A DNA stretch of 64,000 bases, from NCBI GenBank assembly GCA_050230475.1, contig JBFLGF010000006.1:62001-126000 (forward strand), given 5' to 3'. Shown piece by piece: positions 51,459-63,621 of this stretch. Numbering within the stretch: the first letter of the stretch is position 1; the number at the start of each line of letters is the position of its first letter. A model generated the notes under the pieces. The model was not told where the DNA came from, ran no database searches, and saw only the letters and a program-made list of their open reading frames with translations. Source of the DNA: Ancylonema sp. (taxonomy: Eukaryota). A program made the position numbers and the translations under genes.

Positions 51459-54400
51459 TTACACCAACAAGGTGGACTCTGCACACGGTTTCGGTTGCGT
51501 CTTTCTTGCCACGTAGTCAAAATACTTAGCCTGCAAACCATTTCCATGTGAGCCATTACCTCGCTGCATCGACACCAGGGATCATATCACTTTTGCATAC
51601 CGGCAAACAAAAAAAATAAGGTTCCTATCCTTGTTCCAAAGCAAGAACATTATTCCCAAGACAAAATGCACCCAAAAGAAATAATTTCTTCACTTCAGGA
51701 TTTTAGATACTTATGATTTTTCAGACCTGAATGAAGATGGTGATGTCAAGCGATAGAGTCCCCATGCTGCCCAGCAGCCAGGGGGCTTTACCCATCAGGT
51801 CCTCCCTGAACCCCAAATCCCATAGCACATTACACCGCAACCCAGAAGAATTCTTCTCCACCCATTGTGATGGCCACACAACAAATTGCACGTCCAGCAG
51901 TAAGTGCTGCCTGCCACCGCCCCCCCATCCCCAACCCAGCTAATTTTCCCACCCCCCACCCTATCCCCCTCTCACCAGCTGTTGGCCCTCATAAGGATGG
52001 CAGTGCCGTAAGTGAGGTTGGCAAAGAAGGCGCACAGGAACATGGTCATGGAGAGCCCCTCCGCCGACTGCCTTGCCGTGTTCTTGTACAGCTGGGCCAG
52101 GCGGGAACCCAAGTACAGGACAGCAGAGGTCCACCTGGGGGGAGAACGGAAACGGAGTGGTAGTGAGTGGGGCAGGTAACAATAAGGTTTTTCATGAAAT
52201 ACATTAATGGCTACCCAAGATTCCTTTTCCCTGTCTCCCACCCTCCCCACCAGCCCCCCTCCTTACCCCAGCCACAGCCCGACCTCCTTCATCAACGAGG
52301 AGCTGGTGGTGACTCCACACATCGTCCCCAACCGTTTTGGTTGCAGCGAGACAGGCACATCCCTGGTCGTCTCCCATCCCAACCACCCACTCTCCCTTCC
52401 TTGGACGGCTTTCAAACGCCGCCCCCCCACCGACACATGTGGATACACCACCCCCCTCCCCCCCAACCCTTCCAGCTGGCCTCGTCCAGCCGTACTAGTA
52501 CCCTGGAACACACCTGTCAAATGGTCCCTCACCCCCCCTCCAGCACCCAGGTACTGACTGCCACCTGGCATGAAGATGGAACAGATCAAAACACCCGCAA
52601 GGCAGAAAGCAGTTGCTTTAGCACGGGCCACACCCGTGCCCCCAAAATCTTCTGCTCCCCCCTCCCCGCCCTCTACATGCCCTCTGCCCCTTCCTCTTTG
52701 CTTCCCCCTCCCTGGATCTGTTTCCTGCCCATTGACCGCTGGATCTGAGCTCTCATTGGAAGCTTCCAACGTATCTTCCAGACTCCCCTCCTTCCCCCCT
52801 CCAAGGCCCCCCACCTCGTCGCCATTCCCGCACACTCGACTACTCCCCTCCTCGATCGGATGCCCCCCCAACCCCTGCCCCTCCTCCCCTCCCACCCCAC
52901 TCCCGCCTGTCCCTCGCCCCTCCCTCCTGCTCCCCGTCAGAGGCTCTCTCAGCTCGTGCTTGTTATGGTTGTGATGGATAGTGAGTCTCTTGGGGGGGCG
53001 CAGTGAGCCGTACTCCAACCCATACATCGCAATCACTCTTCTCAGGTGTCTCCGCCCCTCCTTACTCGACTCCGGCTCATCCTCACGCCCACCCGTGTCC
53101 AATTCCGCCCCCTCCCCTATCCCCGCAGCTCGCGCAAAAGCCTTGGGCGCCCCCGCCCTTGCAGGCAACCTGTCGCTTTTCTGCCTGCATACCAGCTCTG
53201 CAGGCTCTAGTACGGACTGTAAAATCCCCCCTCTTCTTCTTCCCCCCCTAACGGTCTCGTCGCCACTATCCTCCTCCCCCCTCTCTGAGACCTCCCCCGC
53301 CCCTCCCTGCCTGACATGCTGAACCCCGTTCCCAGCATGTCCTAAAACCCTATGCCCACCAGCCCGGACCGCGGGACACGCGTGTCTCGACCACAACTCC
53401 CCATCCTCTGCCTTCACCTCAATGTACGCACTAGGGGGGGGAACAGGTGGGTGGGCAGGGTGGGGGGGGTCTGACGCGTCATGTGGGCCCTGCCACGCGT
53501 GTGCAATCATGACCGCACCGGATCGACCAGTCACAAACGACACGGGGTGGTAAAAGTGCGGATGGTGTCGCCCTTTGACTTTCTTCTTCGCCGGAAGAAG
53601 TTCCTCCACGTCCGCTTCATCTGCACCCGAAGTCAACCAACGTTGACTGCATTGACGACCGCCACCTAGCACCTTCCCCAACCAAGGCACTAGATTCAAC
53701 GACTGCTGACCTGGCACAATGACCGCCAGCGCCTCGGTGGGGGGGGGCACGGGCTCATCAATTAAGATCCTGTGCGAGAGTGGGTGTGGATGCGGAGGGG
53801 TGAGGGAGGCATGACCCCTGCGAGTCATTGCCCAGTAGTAGCCCTTGATGGGCTCATGTACGGAGTCATCCGCCACATCCGCCAGCACCTCCACTTGGTC
53901 CTTGTTCAGAATCTTGTAGTACATCAGCTGTGGGCCCAACCCGGATGCGACAACAATGTTTCAATAGTGCCTTCGATATGAACGAGATGCGAGGACACAA
54001 TCCGACCTTTATATGGAATATTGCCTTCGAGGGGCAATACCGACTTGCAAGTGTACGCCTGATGTGCACTTTTTATCTCAGACGGTGTTTATCTGACGGT
54101 TGACAACTTGGCACTATCAGAGACGAGGGTACAAGACACGTTTAGAACTCCAATGAGATTGGTGTACATAGATGTAAGGATATACTGAAAACCCCAAACC
54201 GTACCTGTGAGATTATGCAGCAGTCCGCAAATATGAAGTATATAGCGGTGTATGTCTGAGTCGCCAATTGGTCGCCAGTAAGACAGCAGCCCACAAGGTT
54301 CAGGATATCCCCCTGCACCATGTGAACGGGGTATTGCGGTGACTATTTGAGACGTCTATTAATGCAGCCTCAAAAGATCTGCCGGGCCACGCATTTGTTC

Positions 54401-54856
54401 CCACTTTGTGAATGATCGGAAAATAAGATGGCTTTCGAGACTTGTGGATGCGGAGGAGACGGTGACTCGACGGCTACTCGATATGAATCACATTGCTAGG
54501 AAATAAAACGACGTTCGAGAAGATCGAGCAGAATCGATGCGAGCAGACTCTGATGGTATTCGAACATGCTTACACACCGATACATTGATGCGGTTCTCTT
54601 TGATGCAGCTTACCGAAAGCCACTGAAAAAGAAACCATGGAGAAAGGGCGTCTGCGCTTCGCAGCTTCATAGAGCGAAGGAATTGCGGCAGCTGGGCGAC
54701 CAGCCAGCAGCCAATGGAGCTAAGACCAACTGTAAATGCGAGCAGCTCCCAGTTGGTGTAGATGCAGTCAGCAAACACGTGCTGAATCCATCCGACGGCA
54801 TGGCGCTCGCATTCACACCGAGGCATAAGAGCCCCCGAGCCCCACGTTAGTGCCAT
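51459..54856 (-). CDS. PQ-loop repeat membrane protein (PQLC2/Ypq-type vacuolar or lysosomal amino-acid transporter-like), ~770 aa
   Basis: Six GT-AG exons in consistent phase: 54856-54614 (CWLVAQLPQF..ADALSPWFLFQWLS), 54312-54205 (GDILNLVGC..DQLATQTYTA), 53927-52267, 52134-51976 (WTSAVLYLGSRLAQLYKN..SAEGLS..FANLTY), 51805-51727 (APWLLGSMGTLSLDITIFIQ), 51530-51459. Confidence 0.88.
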
Positions 54857-55697
54857 CGAGTCGGAAGACCAAGATATTGTCTGTTGCGACAATAGGCGAT
54901 TCACTCATTTGCCCATCAACCTGAACAAAACAACGGCTGTCCCGATCGGAAGGATAAACACGAGGCTCAAGAGCGCGAGGCTACACTTGTCGTGAGACGA
55001 CACTGGCACTCGCGAGCAGGATAACAAATTGGTCGAAAATCATGTTCTGGGACCAACAACTGAATGGTAGATGCAGTTTCAGAATAGTCACAGCTGACAC
55101 AAGGCAACTCACCAATGCCCTCCTCCAGCAAGCTGTAAATCAATGCTGGGAAAATTCATTGCGGGGAAAATAAATCACATGACTGTCACATGACGGCCGT
55201 AATCGCAGTCAGGCCGTCCATCTTATGTCTTTTTGGAATGTGATTGGGCGAAACGTTTCCAGGAGCCAAATGGCGCCCAATCCAATCGCACGTCCTTTAA
55301 AGTTTAAAATATGGCCTTTTAATCTATGTCGGTTTCAAACGTGGCAGCTTCAAAAAATCGTGTCACACAGCCAACTACGGGCGCGCGCAACGAGGATGGG
55401 ATTTGTTCCAATTGGCTAGGTCTTGAAGCGTCCAAGCCACGCCAGCTCTGACCGTCAACAATCTACGGAGGGATCTTGTGTTTCCCACGAGCCAAACGCG
55501 TCCACAAACTGACAGACAAAAGATACACGAGCCCAAGCTAGCCCGGAACCTGCAAGATCAAGGGCTCACTGAACCCGGAGCCCCGAAGGGATGTTTGGTT
55601 TCTCTCGAGCCCAGCAAGATCAGGGCTGGGCCCATCGCTGAGAGCTCAAGGCCCGGAGACCGGAGCCCGGACGTGGCGAGATCACGCGGGTACACAC

Positions 55698-55944
55698 CTT
55701 CGCTCCGCCCCGGGCGAAATATTTTTTTTCGCCCGGGACGCGGGTTGGGCGGGCATGCCCGGGGCGAAAAGCGGGGCGGAGCCACATGCCGATTTTTTTT
55801 TTTTTTTTTAAAGCCGCAATGCGGAGATATCGTTGGATTTGTTCAAAACCGACCATGGAGAGTGTGCGCCATACGCCACACGTCCGACCTCATCATATGT
55901 CATCACCCATGAGTCCGACTCCGTGACGTGCCGTGGTATAATGC

Positions 55945-55980
<36 letters not shown>

Positions 55981-56205
55981 TAAGATATATAAAAGAATAT
56001 TACACGAGTAAAGAAGGCAAGCGTACTTAGTGTTATAAATTTCGAAAACTTGTCGGATTTGATTTTTGAAAAAATGTACATGATCTACGTGCTTTTTGGA
56101 TCTTTTTACAAAAAATCTACAAAAAGGCTATAGCTCCACCACGAGCGGGGAATTTCCGCCGGGGGTGGAGGGCGGGGCGGGATTCACGGGGCGGAGCCAA
56201 CTATG
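55698..56205. mobile_element. Non-autonomous hAT element (family C), left TIR degenerate
   Basis: Internal similarity to 30026-30569. Right end GGGGCGGAGCCAACTATG. 8-bp TSD GTACACAC (55690-55697, 56206-56213). Confidence 0.8.
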
Positions 56206-56845
56206 GTACACACAAATCCAGAGATAATAAATATAAATATAAGAAACTCCTCGCTGAAAAAAACTTTTTTCTCCACATTCTTCTTTCCCCGCTCAAACTT
56301 CCCCGATATCATCATGAGAAACTCCGATATGATTAAGAAATGAAAATTACCGATTTTTTCTTTCACGAGTTTGTAACACGCATTAAAAACCCTCTATATT
56401 GTAATTCCCTTAAATGTAAAGTGGGAAAAACAAACAAACAATACACAAAAAAACTCATGCATAAATAAAGTATATATGAATGTTCTTCATTAATTAATGC
56501 TTCGTAAATTGATTTCTTCACATAAGTTATCGCAACCGCGTGTACTAAAAAACCGATACAGGTGTTGCACGTCCACATGTACAATGAATATTATTGTCTG
56601 CTCAAAGATTTGATGACATAGATCCACGTGTCCAAATCTCGTTAGAAGAAACTTTCTCGCAAGGTCCTCCATATAAAGTTTCTTGTACATTGTATAAAAA
56701 ATATCCACTATTGGACTATATTCACTATTGGACTATATTTCCCGCCATGTTTAGGTTTCTTATATCGAGGTTTGGGTGTACCGTATTGGAGAGAATTGAA
56801 TTTACGATATACCGCGGTGCTGGGGTGTGGCAAGGAACATTATAT

Positions 56846-56926
56846 ATAATTCGTGATTGGGGTATTGGGGTATAATTCGTGATTGGGGTATTGGATTCGT
56901 GATTCGAATAATATTCGTGATTGGGG
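56846..56926 (+). repeat. Short tandem repeat (ATTCGTGATTGGGGT units)
   Basis: ataattcgtgattggggtattgg occurs twice, plus partial copies. Confidence 0.7.
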
Positions 56927-57012
56927 CCTCAAGTTTTCGGTAAATCAGGCCAATTTTCTGGCTATAGGCATTAATCATAATTCCATTTTACACGTTTGGG
57001 GCATTATCGGTT

Positions 57013-57165
57013 TTAGAGAGGTGTGACAGGTGCGGGGTAGAGCGTGGGGAAAGGAAGGTGTTGAGGTGTGCCGGTTGCATGGCGGTGGAGCACTGTAGCA
57101 AGGAGTGTCAAAAACGGAGTTGGGGGCAACATCACTTGAGCTGCTCAAAAAAAGCGGATGAATAG
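57013..57165 (+). pseudogene. Orphan MYND zinc-finger fragment (fourth family member)
   Basis: Translates as LERCDRCGVERGERKVLRCAGCMAVEHCSKECQKRSWGQHHLSCSKKADE*, codon-for-codon homologous to 22738-22880. It is below the ORF-track length cutoff. Confidence 0.82.
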
Positions 57166-57573
57166 TGGTGGGGCAGGATGTGGATGGAAAGGTACAACAG
57201 AGGTCGTCAAATTGATGATCAGGCAATCCACGATGTAGCATGTGCATGTTTGAAATGACAATCTTTTCATGTGGGATTGAGGCTCGTTCATTAGTGCGCC
57301 CACTGTCTAGTAATCGTTTGTAGTTGTGCTCGGTGCTTGATAGTTGTGACGCTTACTTACTAGCTAAAGCAAAAGCTTGCATTGTTGCTGCACCTGTCCT
57401 AGTTGTCTTGGGTGCAGAGGTCATAATGCCACTTTGGATGTTCCAACACCTACTAGAGAAGCCTCATATGTAGATGTCTTCGCAATTATGATGGTATCAC
57501 TTCTCCTAATCTTAGTGATTCCTCTCGATGAATAATATTCATCATCTACTGTCACAATAGTAGTGGCATAGTT

Positions 57574-57725
57574 CATAGTTGCATGAACTGCAAACCGCTT
57601 CCGAACCGGATCTTGGATGGAACCGGTTCCAACAAAAGTGGCCGCGGTTCAAAACCGGAGGATTTATGATTTTTTCACTTAAACAACATTTGGAGGGGTT
57701 ATATGGCACGGAATAAATCGAAAAT
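57574..57725. mobile_element. Truncated hAT family A end
   Basis: CATAGTTGCATGAAC.. matches 49518-49670, then breaks at the copia LTR. Confidence 0.75.
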
Positions 57726-57748
57726 AAAATAAAATAAAACGAATAAAA

Positions 57749-58178
57749 CGAGATTATGTGGTTCTTTCCGTACAAGGGACTACGTCTCTCAAAGCTGATC
57801 AATGACAATTATTGTGTTGGAAGAATACTATTGAATGGTCGGCATCGGGTAGGTATACCACGATGTCTCGTACAGATCGAGAATCAACAAAGTGTGCCGA
57901 CGGTTGGATCTACGGACCGTCGGCCTATCACAACACAGCAACAGTCAGATCATGTCAACGGCACATGCCGGACAGTCTGACAAGACATAACGACTAGATG
58001 CGGGAACCATCTAGAAACACACGTGCCCTAAACGGCAACAATCGAAACGTCATGTTCGGGTGCCTGGACACAAGTCCGGCCCCTCAATACAAGCACACCC
58101 TAGGAATCCTACCGGTGTACTAACCGGTAGCCCGGACTAGCATACTAGCAAGCATGGCTATCCGATATAATTCCTACA
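57749..58178 (-). repeat. 3' LTR of the copia element (outer ~25 bp missing)
   Basis: Direct repeat of 63646-64000, about 94% identical by manual count. Begins TGTAGGAA on the minus strand next to the PPT. Confidence 0.9.
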
Positions 58179-61100
58179 CACCCCCTCGAATGCCATGCCA
58201 AGTTTGGCATTGAGTCAGCACCAAGGGACTACCCTATCTACAACTAAGTCATGGCGGAACCATCTACAGCTATGGGGTAGTGAGGTCTTCCCTAGCATAC
58301 AAACATGCTAGGGGGCCCTATATAAAATCACAGCCGATCGGAAGCCGATCGGAACTCCAGAAGTCGATAGCTCCAGCTCCTTAGTCGTTTTTTTCGGGCC
58401 GAAACCCTGAACATACAAACAAACACCACAAGTTAGGGCAATACAAAAATGACCAAAAAGGTCAACTTTCTTCAGTTTTCTCCAAATAACTTGAAATATG
58501 AAAAAACATCACATAACTTTCTCAAACAAACCTTCACCAAAACATCTGAGATTTTGACACAATACTCATAACATTAATAATATCATACATGCCAACTTTC
58601 ATTTTCAACAGACAACTTTAGATTTGAACAGATCTACAACTTTTCAGGTGTCCTTCAGTGTTTTCAAGGCAGAAAAAGAGGTGTGGTGACTTAGCTGGAT
58701 AGACAAGCGTTAAGAGCCCTCCAAAGCTTAATTCTGCAATAAGAATACAGAACATAAACCCCCTGCCAAACATGGCATGGCAGCCGAAACCCCTAGAGCC
58801 TAATGTGCACCCTCACTTCAGTGAACCCTCCCAAAACTTTCCGTGTCTGTCAAGCAAGACCTGTGGAAGAGCCTTAGTGAACATATCGGCTGGTTGATTG
58901 GCCCCTGCCAGATGCACACACTTCAGCCTCCCAGTTCTGTGACACTCTCTCACCAAGTGGTACACCACATTGAAATGCTTGGCCTTCCGGCGCTGGACTG
59001 GGTTCTGGATCATGGAGAGTGCGGCTGAGTCACTGTAAAGTGTAATTTCATTAGGGAGTTTGAGCTCATGCAGGAGCGACTTCAAGTAACAGCATTCCTT
59101 AGACACACTACAGGCAGCAATATATTCAGCCTCTGCTGTTGTATGTGCGACTGTAGACTGTTTCTGTGACTTGCAGCTCAATGCAGTCCCCCCAACAGTA
59201 GTGACCCACCCTGTGACCGACTTCCCAGTCATACTGCAGTTGTTCCAACTAGCATCACAGTACCCCTTGATCTCTAGCCTCTTCTGCCACACGTAAGAGA
59301 GTCCGTGATCCACTGTCCCCTTCAAATATCTGAACAGTTGGCGTAAGGCCTTGATGTGAGCAGTCCCAGGATTCCCCATGTGTTTTGCCAGTACCCCCAG
59401 TGCATGCGCAATATCCGGTCTGGTGTGTTTCATTGCATCAATGAGTGACTATCTGTTCAGTTGTAGGGGGACTAAGAGGTTCATCTTCTTGGTGAAATAT
59501 CAGCCCAGGTGGTAAGGGTAGTTTGGTAGGGTTACAATTTTCCATCCCAAAACGTTCCAGAACTTGTCTCATGAACCCGATCTGATGAATCTGATGCAAC
59601 GTCCCTGATGCAACGTAAGCACCCCCCGTTGTCTGTCTCTTTTCATTTCCACCCCCAGGATATGGGTTAGGGCCCCAAGATCCTTCATTTTAAACTTCCC
59701 AGACAGTTCCTGTTTGAATGCTTTAATGACCATGGGGTCACGACCAACTATCACCTGATCATCTACATGTATCCCTACTATGATGCGTGACTGTCCTTTC
59801 CCCCTGGTGTATATGCATGTGTCCATTACGCATTGTTTGAACCCAATACTAAGCATGAAGGCTGTGAACATCTCACCCCAGACCTTGCTACTCTGTTTCA
59901 GTCCGTACAGTGCCCCCCTCATTCTCAAAACTTTCCCTTCAGCCCCTCCCTCACCTCAATATCCATGAACGGTGGAATCTTCATATATACTTCCTCAGTC
60001 AGTCGTCCGTGCAAGAAGGCAGTCACCACGTCCATCTGTTCAATTTCCCAACCCTCCTGACTCGCGAGAGCTAGTAGAAGAGAGATAGAGGTACTATCTA
60101 ATACAGGTGCGAATATTACATTATAGTCCACTCCTTCTTGTTGTAGGAAACCCTGAGCGACCAATCTGACTTTATATCTTTCAAGGGCTCCCATGGGTGT
60201 GTATTTTATTTTGAATACATACTTACACCCCACAGCCCTTTCACCTGGCGGAAGTTCACACACCTCGAAAGTGTTGAATTCCCCCCAGCTCTTCAGCTCC
60301 TCCTTGATGACAGCTAACCACTGATCCCAGTCTGGCCTTTTTATGGCCTGGCTCAGCGTCAAAGGGTCGGAGGAGTCAGCAGACATGGCCACCATGCAGA
60401 ATCCAGGGTCAGAGGGGCCGTTGAAGCCTGTGAAGAAGCACGCGTTGCCTCCCACTCCTCGACCTGAATAGCTGCTTCCAGCGCCTCGTCGTCAAACTCC
60501 TCCCCATCATATCAGAGGATATCCCCAAAGTGGGCAAAGTTCGCCCTCCTCCTCGCCATTACACGCTCAGCTATGCTCCCAACATTCACCCCCGGGTTGG
60601 CACCCCCTCCACCTTCTCCTTGGACTTCCTCCTCCTCGCCTGCCACGCCTGCGTTGTTGATCCCCGATTGACTGTCTGACAGCTCAATTGCATCGATGGG
60701 GACCTCAGCAGCTGGTAGTGGCGGAAACTAAAGTCCTGGGACCTGGGCTCCCGGGTTGTTGTGGGCTGCTGTTGCTGGCGCTGCTGCTGGCACTTCCGCT
60801 CGTACTGCAGCTTGTCCTGGCACCCCTCCAGCCTTAGGCTCATCATCCGTGCCGGGGAACAGCTGGAAGAAGTGTCCATCTGCTTTGGCCTCGACCTGGG
60901 GAGCTCTCCCCTCCATGAGTCTCGGGTACCCCGGCACTTCCTCAAAGAAACGGACGTCTGTCCGCACCATCACACCGGCTCTGAGCGGGTCGAAGATGTT
61001 GTAACCAGTGATCTGCTGCCATCCCAATGAACACCCCAACCCAATGAACACCCCAAAAGCAATCCTAGTAGCATACTTGTCCCCTTGTTTATTCTTATCA

Positions 61101-63621
61101 TGACCGACTTTCAAGTACTGCACTAGGCAGCCGAATGTGTGACTCCTGTTCAATTTGATTGGCCGTCCAGTCCACTTCTCAATAGGGATCCCCCCTGTCA
61201 ATGAACTCGTGGGAGTCCTGTTTCTTAGCCAGTTTGCATGCATCAATGCCACATCCCAGTATGATTTAGGCAGTTTTGACCACATCAACAAGCATCTCAG
61301 CTTCTCCATCAGAGTTCGGTTCAGTCTTTCACACATGCCGTTTTGCCATGGGCTGTAGGGGGCGGTCAGTTCGTGCTTGATGCCTTTCCCCTCGCAATAA
61401 CCTTTCCAATCCTTGCTGGTATATTCCCCCCCCCCATCTGTCTTGATCGAATTTAACGGCAGTCCTGAGTCAACCTCCAGTTTTTGTACAGTGATGCGCG
61501 TTTGACTGAGAGCATCGCTCTTGTGCTTGAGAACGAGAATCGACCTCTATCCTTGTCTATGCGTACTCAAAACCTCCGTGCATTGACGTGACTCCAAAAG
61601 GACCTATCAGATCTAGATGCAACCTTCCCATCTTGGCGTGGCCACATCATCGCTAGCCAGTGCATACCCCCTCTGTCCCATCTTCCTCATACAGCAGATC
61701 TCACAATCCCTAATCTCTGTCAACTCTCCCTGACTCAGTCTCCGTATGTCTCCACGTCTGACCATGTCTGACATGGCTGGAACGCGAGGGTGACCCAGCT
61801 TGCCATGCCAAAGCATGCCTATGGAAAGATTTGCTTGGAGACCAGATGAACCAGGCATGATGATAGATGCATGCAGCACTGACAGATCATTCCTCTGCCT
61901 GCTGACATCAGCCCATTTCTCTCCATCCTTCGTCAGTTTAGGACCTTGTGGGGTCTGGGCAAAACTCAGTCCACCTCTCTGGACGAGGCAGTTGGTGGAC
62001 ACCAGGGTCGCAGCGAATGTAGGGACGTGCATAGCAGTGAGAGGGACGACGAAGAAAGAGTCGTCGTTCTTCACTCGAATATGTACGAAGCCTGTGCCCT
62101 CGACCTTGTGAGGCGTGCCGTCAGCCGTGTGGATGAATGAGTGCTGCATCGGGACGTTGGTGTCGTACTCGACGAAGTGGTGTCTTTGTTCGTGAAGACG
62201 TGATCGGTCGAGCCTGAATCAAGCCACAGATGCGAGCAATCAGTTCCAGCTCTGCCATGGCAATCCGTGCATCAGATGAGAATGCTGCATAAGCTAGGGA
62301 TTTGGATGCATCGAAAGGTGTGTGTTTGAGCATGCAGCAAGTCGAGCTTGAGCTTGTTCACGAAGATTAGCATCACGTGCGGCCAATGCTATGTCAGATT
62401 TACGCTTCATGCATTCTACCAATGTATGCCCGAGCTTATCGCAGTATCTGCATTTTGGTTTAGGACTGCCACTTCCGTGGCCAACCGATCTTCCACCTCC
62501 CCCTTGCCATTGCTGTCCACACTGCGACAGCTTGTGGCCGATCTGATTGCATGGCGCCTCATCGGCGGACGTGTAGGGCAGTCCGACTTCAGGTGGCTAT
62601 ATTGGTTGCAGCCGTAGCACTAAACGAAGCACTGAACTCTCGTCAGGTCGCGATTTCCGGGACCGCCACTCCCACCTGGTCGACTTGGGCCAGCTCCGGA
62701 GCTGCCCGAGTAACCCCCTTTCCCCACAAAATTAGCCTGCTGCCCTCCCGGCAGCACCCCTCTTTTGCGGTCGTTGCAGACCTCCCGTCGATCGCCACCG
62801 GACAAAGTGTTGACGGCTTGAGGGATCGTGAAGAGTGTTGGCGCAGATATCGCCCAAGACATCACACTCTCCACGCGCGCGCTGTAGAGTGTTGAGGGAT
62901 TCAGGAAGTTGATCGTTTGCTTCGCATGCTTAAGTGGCTCTCCCAGATGCCCCAGACGATCATGTAGCTCCTGCTAAAGCCGCTTCACGTAGTCGCTCAG
63001 GTCCTCCGCCTCCCCCATGATAATCGCCGTGAGCTCAGCACCCTCAGCGTTGGCGATTTCAATGGCTCCCTAAATGTCGTAAAAGGCTTTCAAGGCGTCC
63101 CACATATCCGCTGCAGTCTCGCAATTTCGTACGTGCGAGCTTCCCCGTCTCGAGGTGTTTGACGATGTACGACGCCATTGCAGCGATATTCTTCTTCGAC
63201 CAGGCCTCTCGAACGAGAGTCTGTCGACCCGATGAGCTGGGTGCGTGCCGTGACCCGTTCGAGCGACGTCCGCAGCATCCATCCAGTGCATCAAGCTTCC
63301 TGCGTGAGTGGTGGAAGCACGACAGGTTTCGCTTGCCTCGGGGATTCGCCCCAATCCATGACAATGTCATGCAGCTCCTTGTTAGCTAGCCGAACTTCAC
63401 TTTGAAGGCCCAGCCCTTGTAGTCTGCTCCTGTGAAGACCGGAATGTAAGCTTTCTCCGTCATTGTAGGCAACAACTGTAAGGCTTATCGTAGTCAATTT
63501 CTGAGCGTGTTTTGTAATGCAGCTCACAGCTCAGAATCCCTCTCCGCAGTAGATCGCGTGGAATGCCTGTAGTTATTAACACTACGTCGTTAACTAGACC
63601 GCTAGTGGGTCCATAACCTTT

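Noticed and set aside
57756..57997. 61-aa ORF repeated at 57812 and 63709
   Set aside because: It lies within the two LTRs, so the duplication reflects LTR identity rather than a gene.
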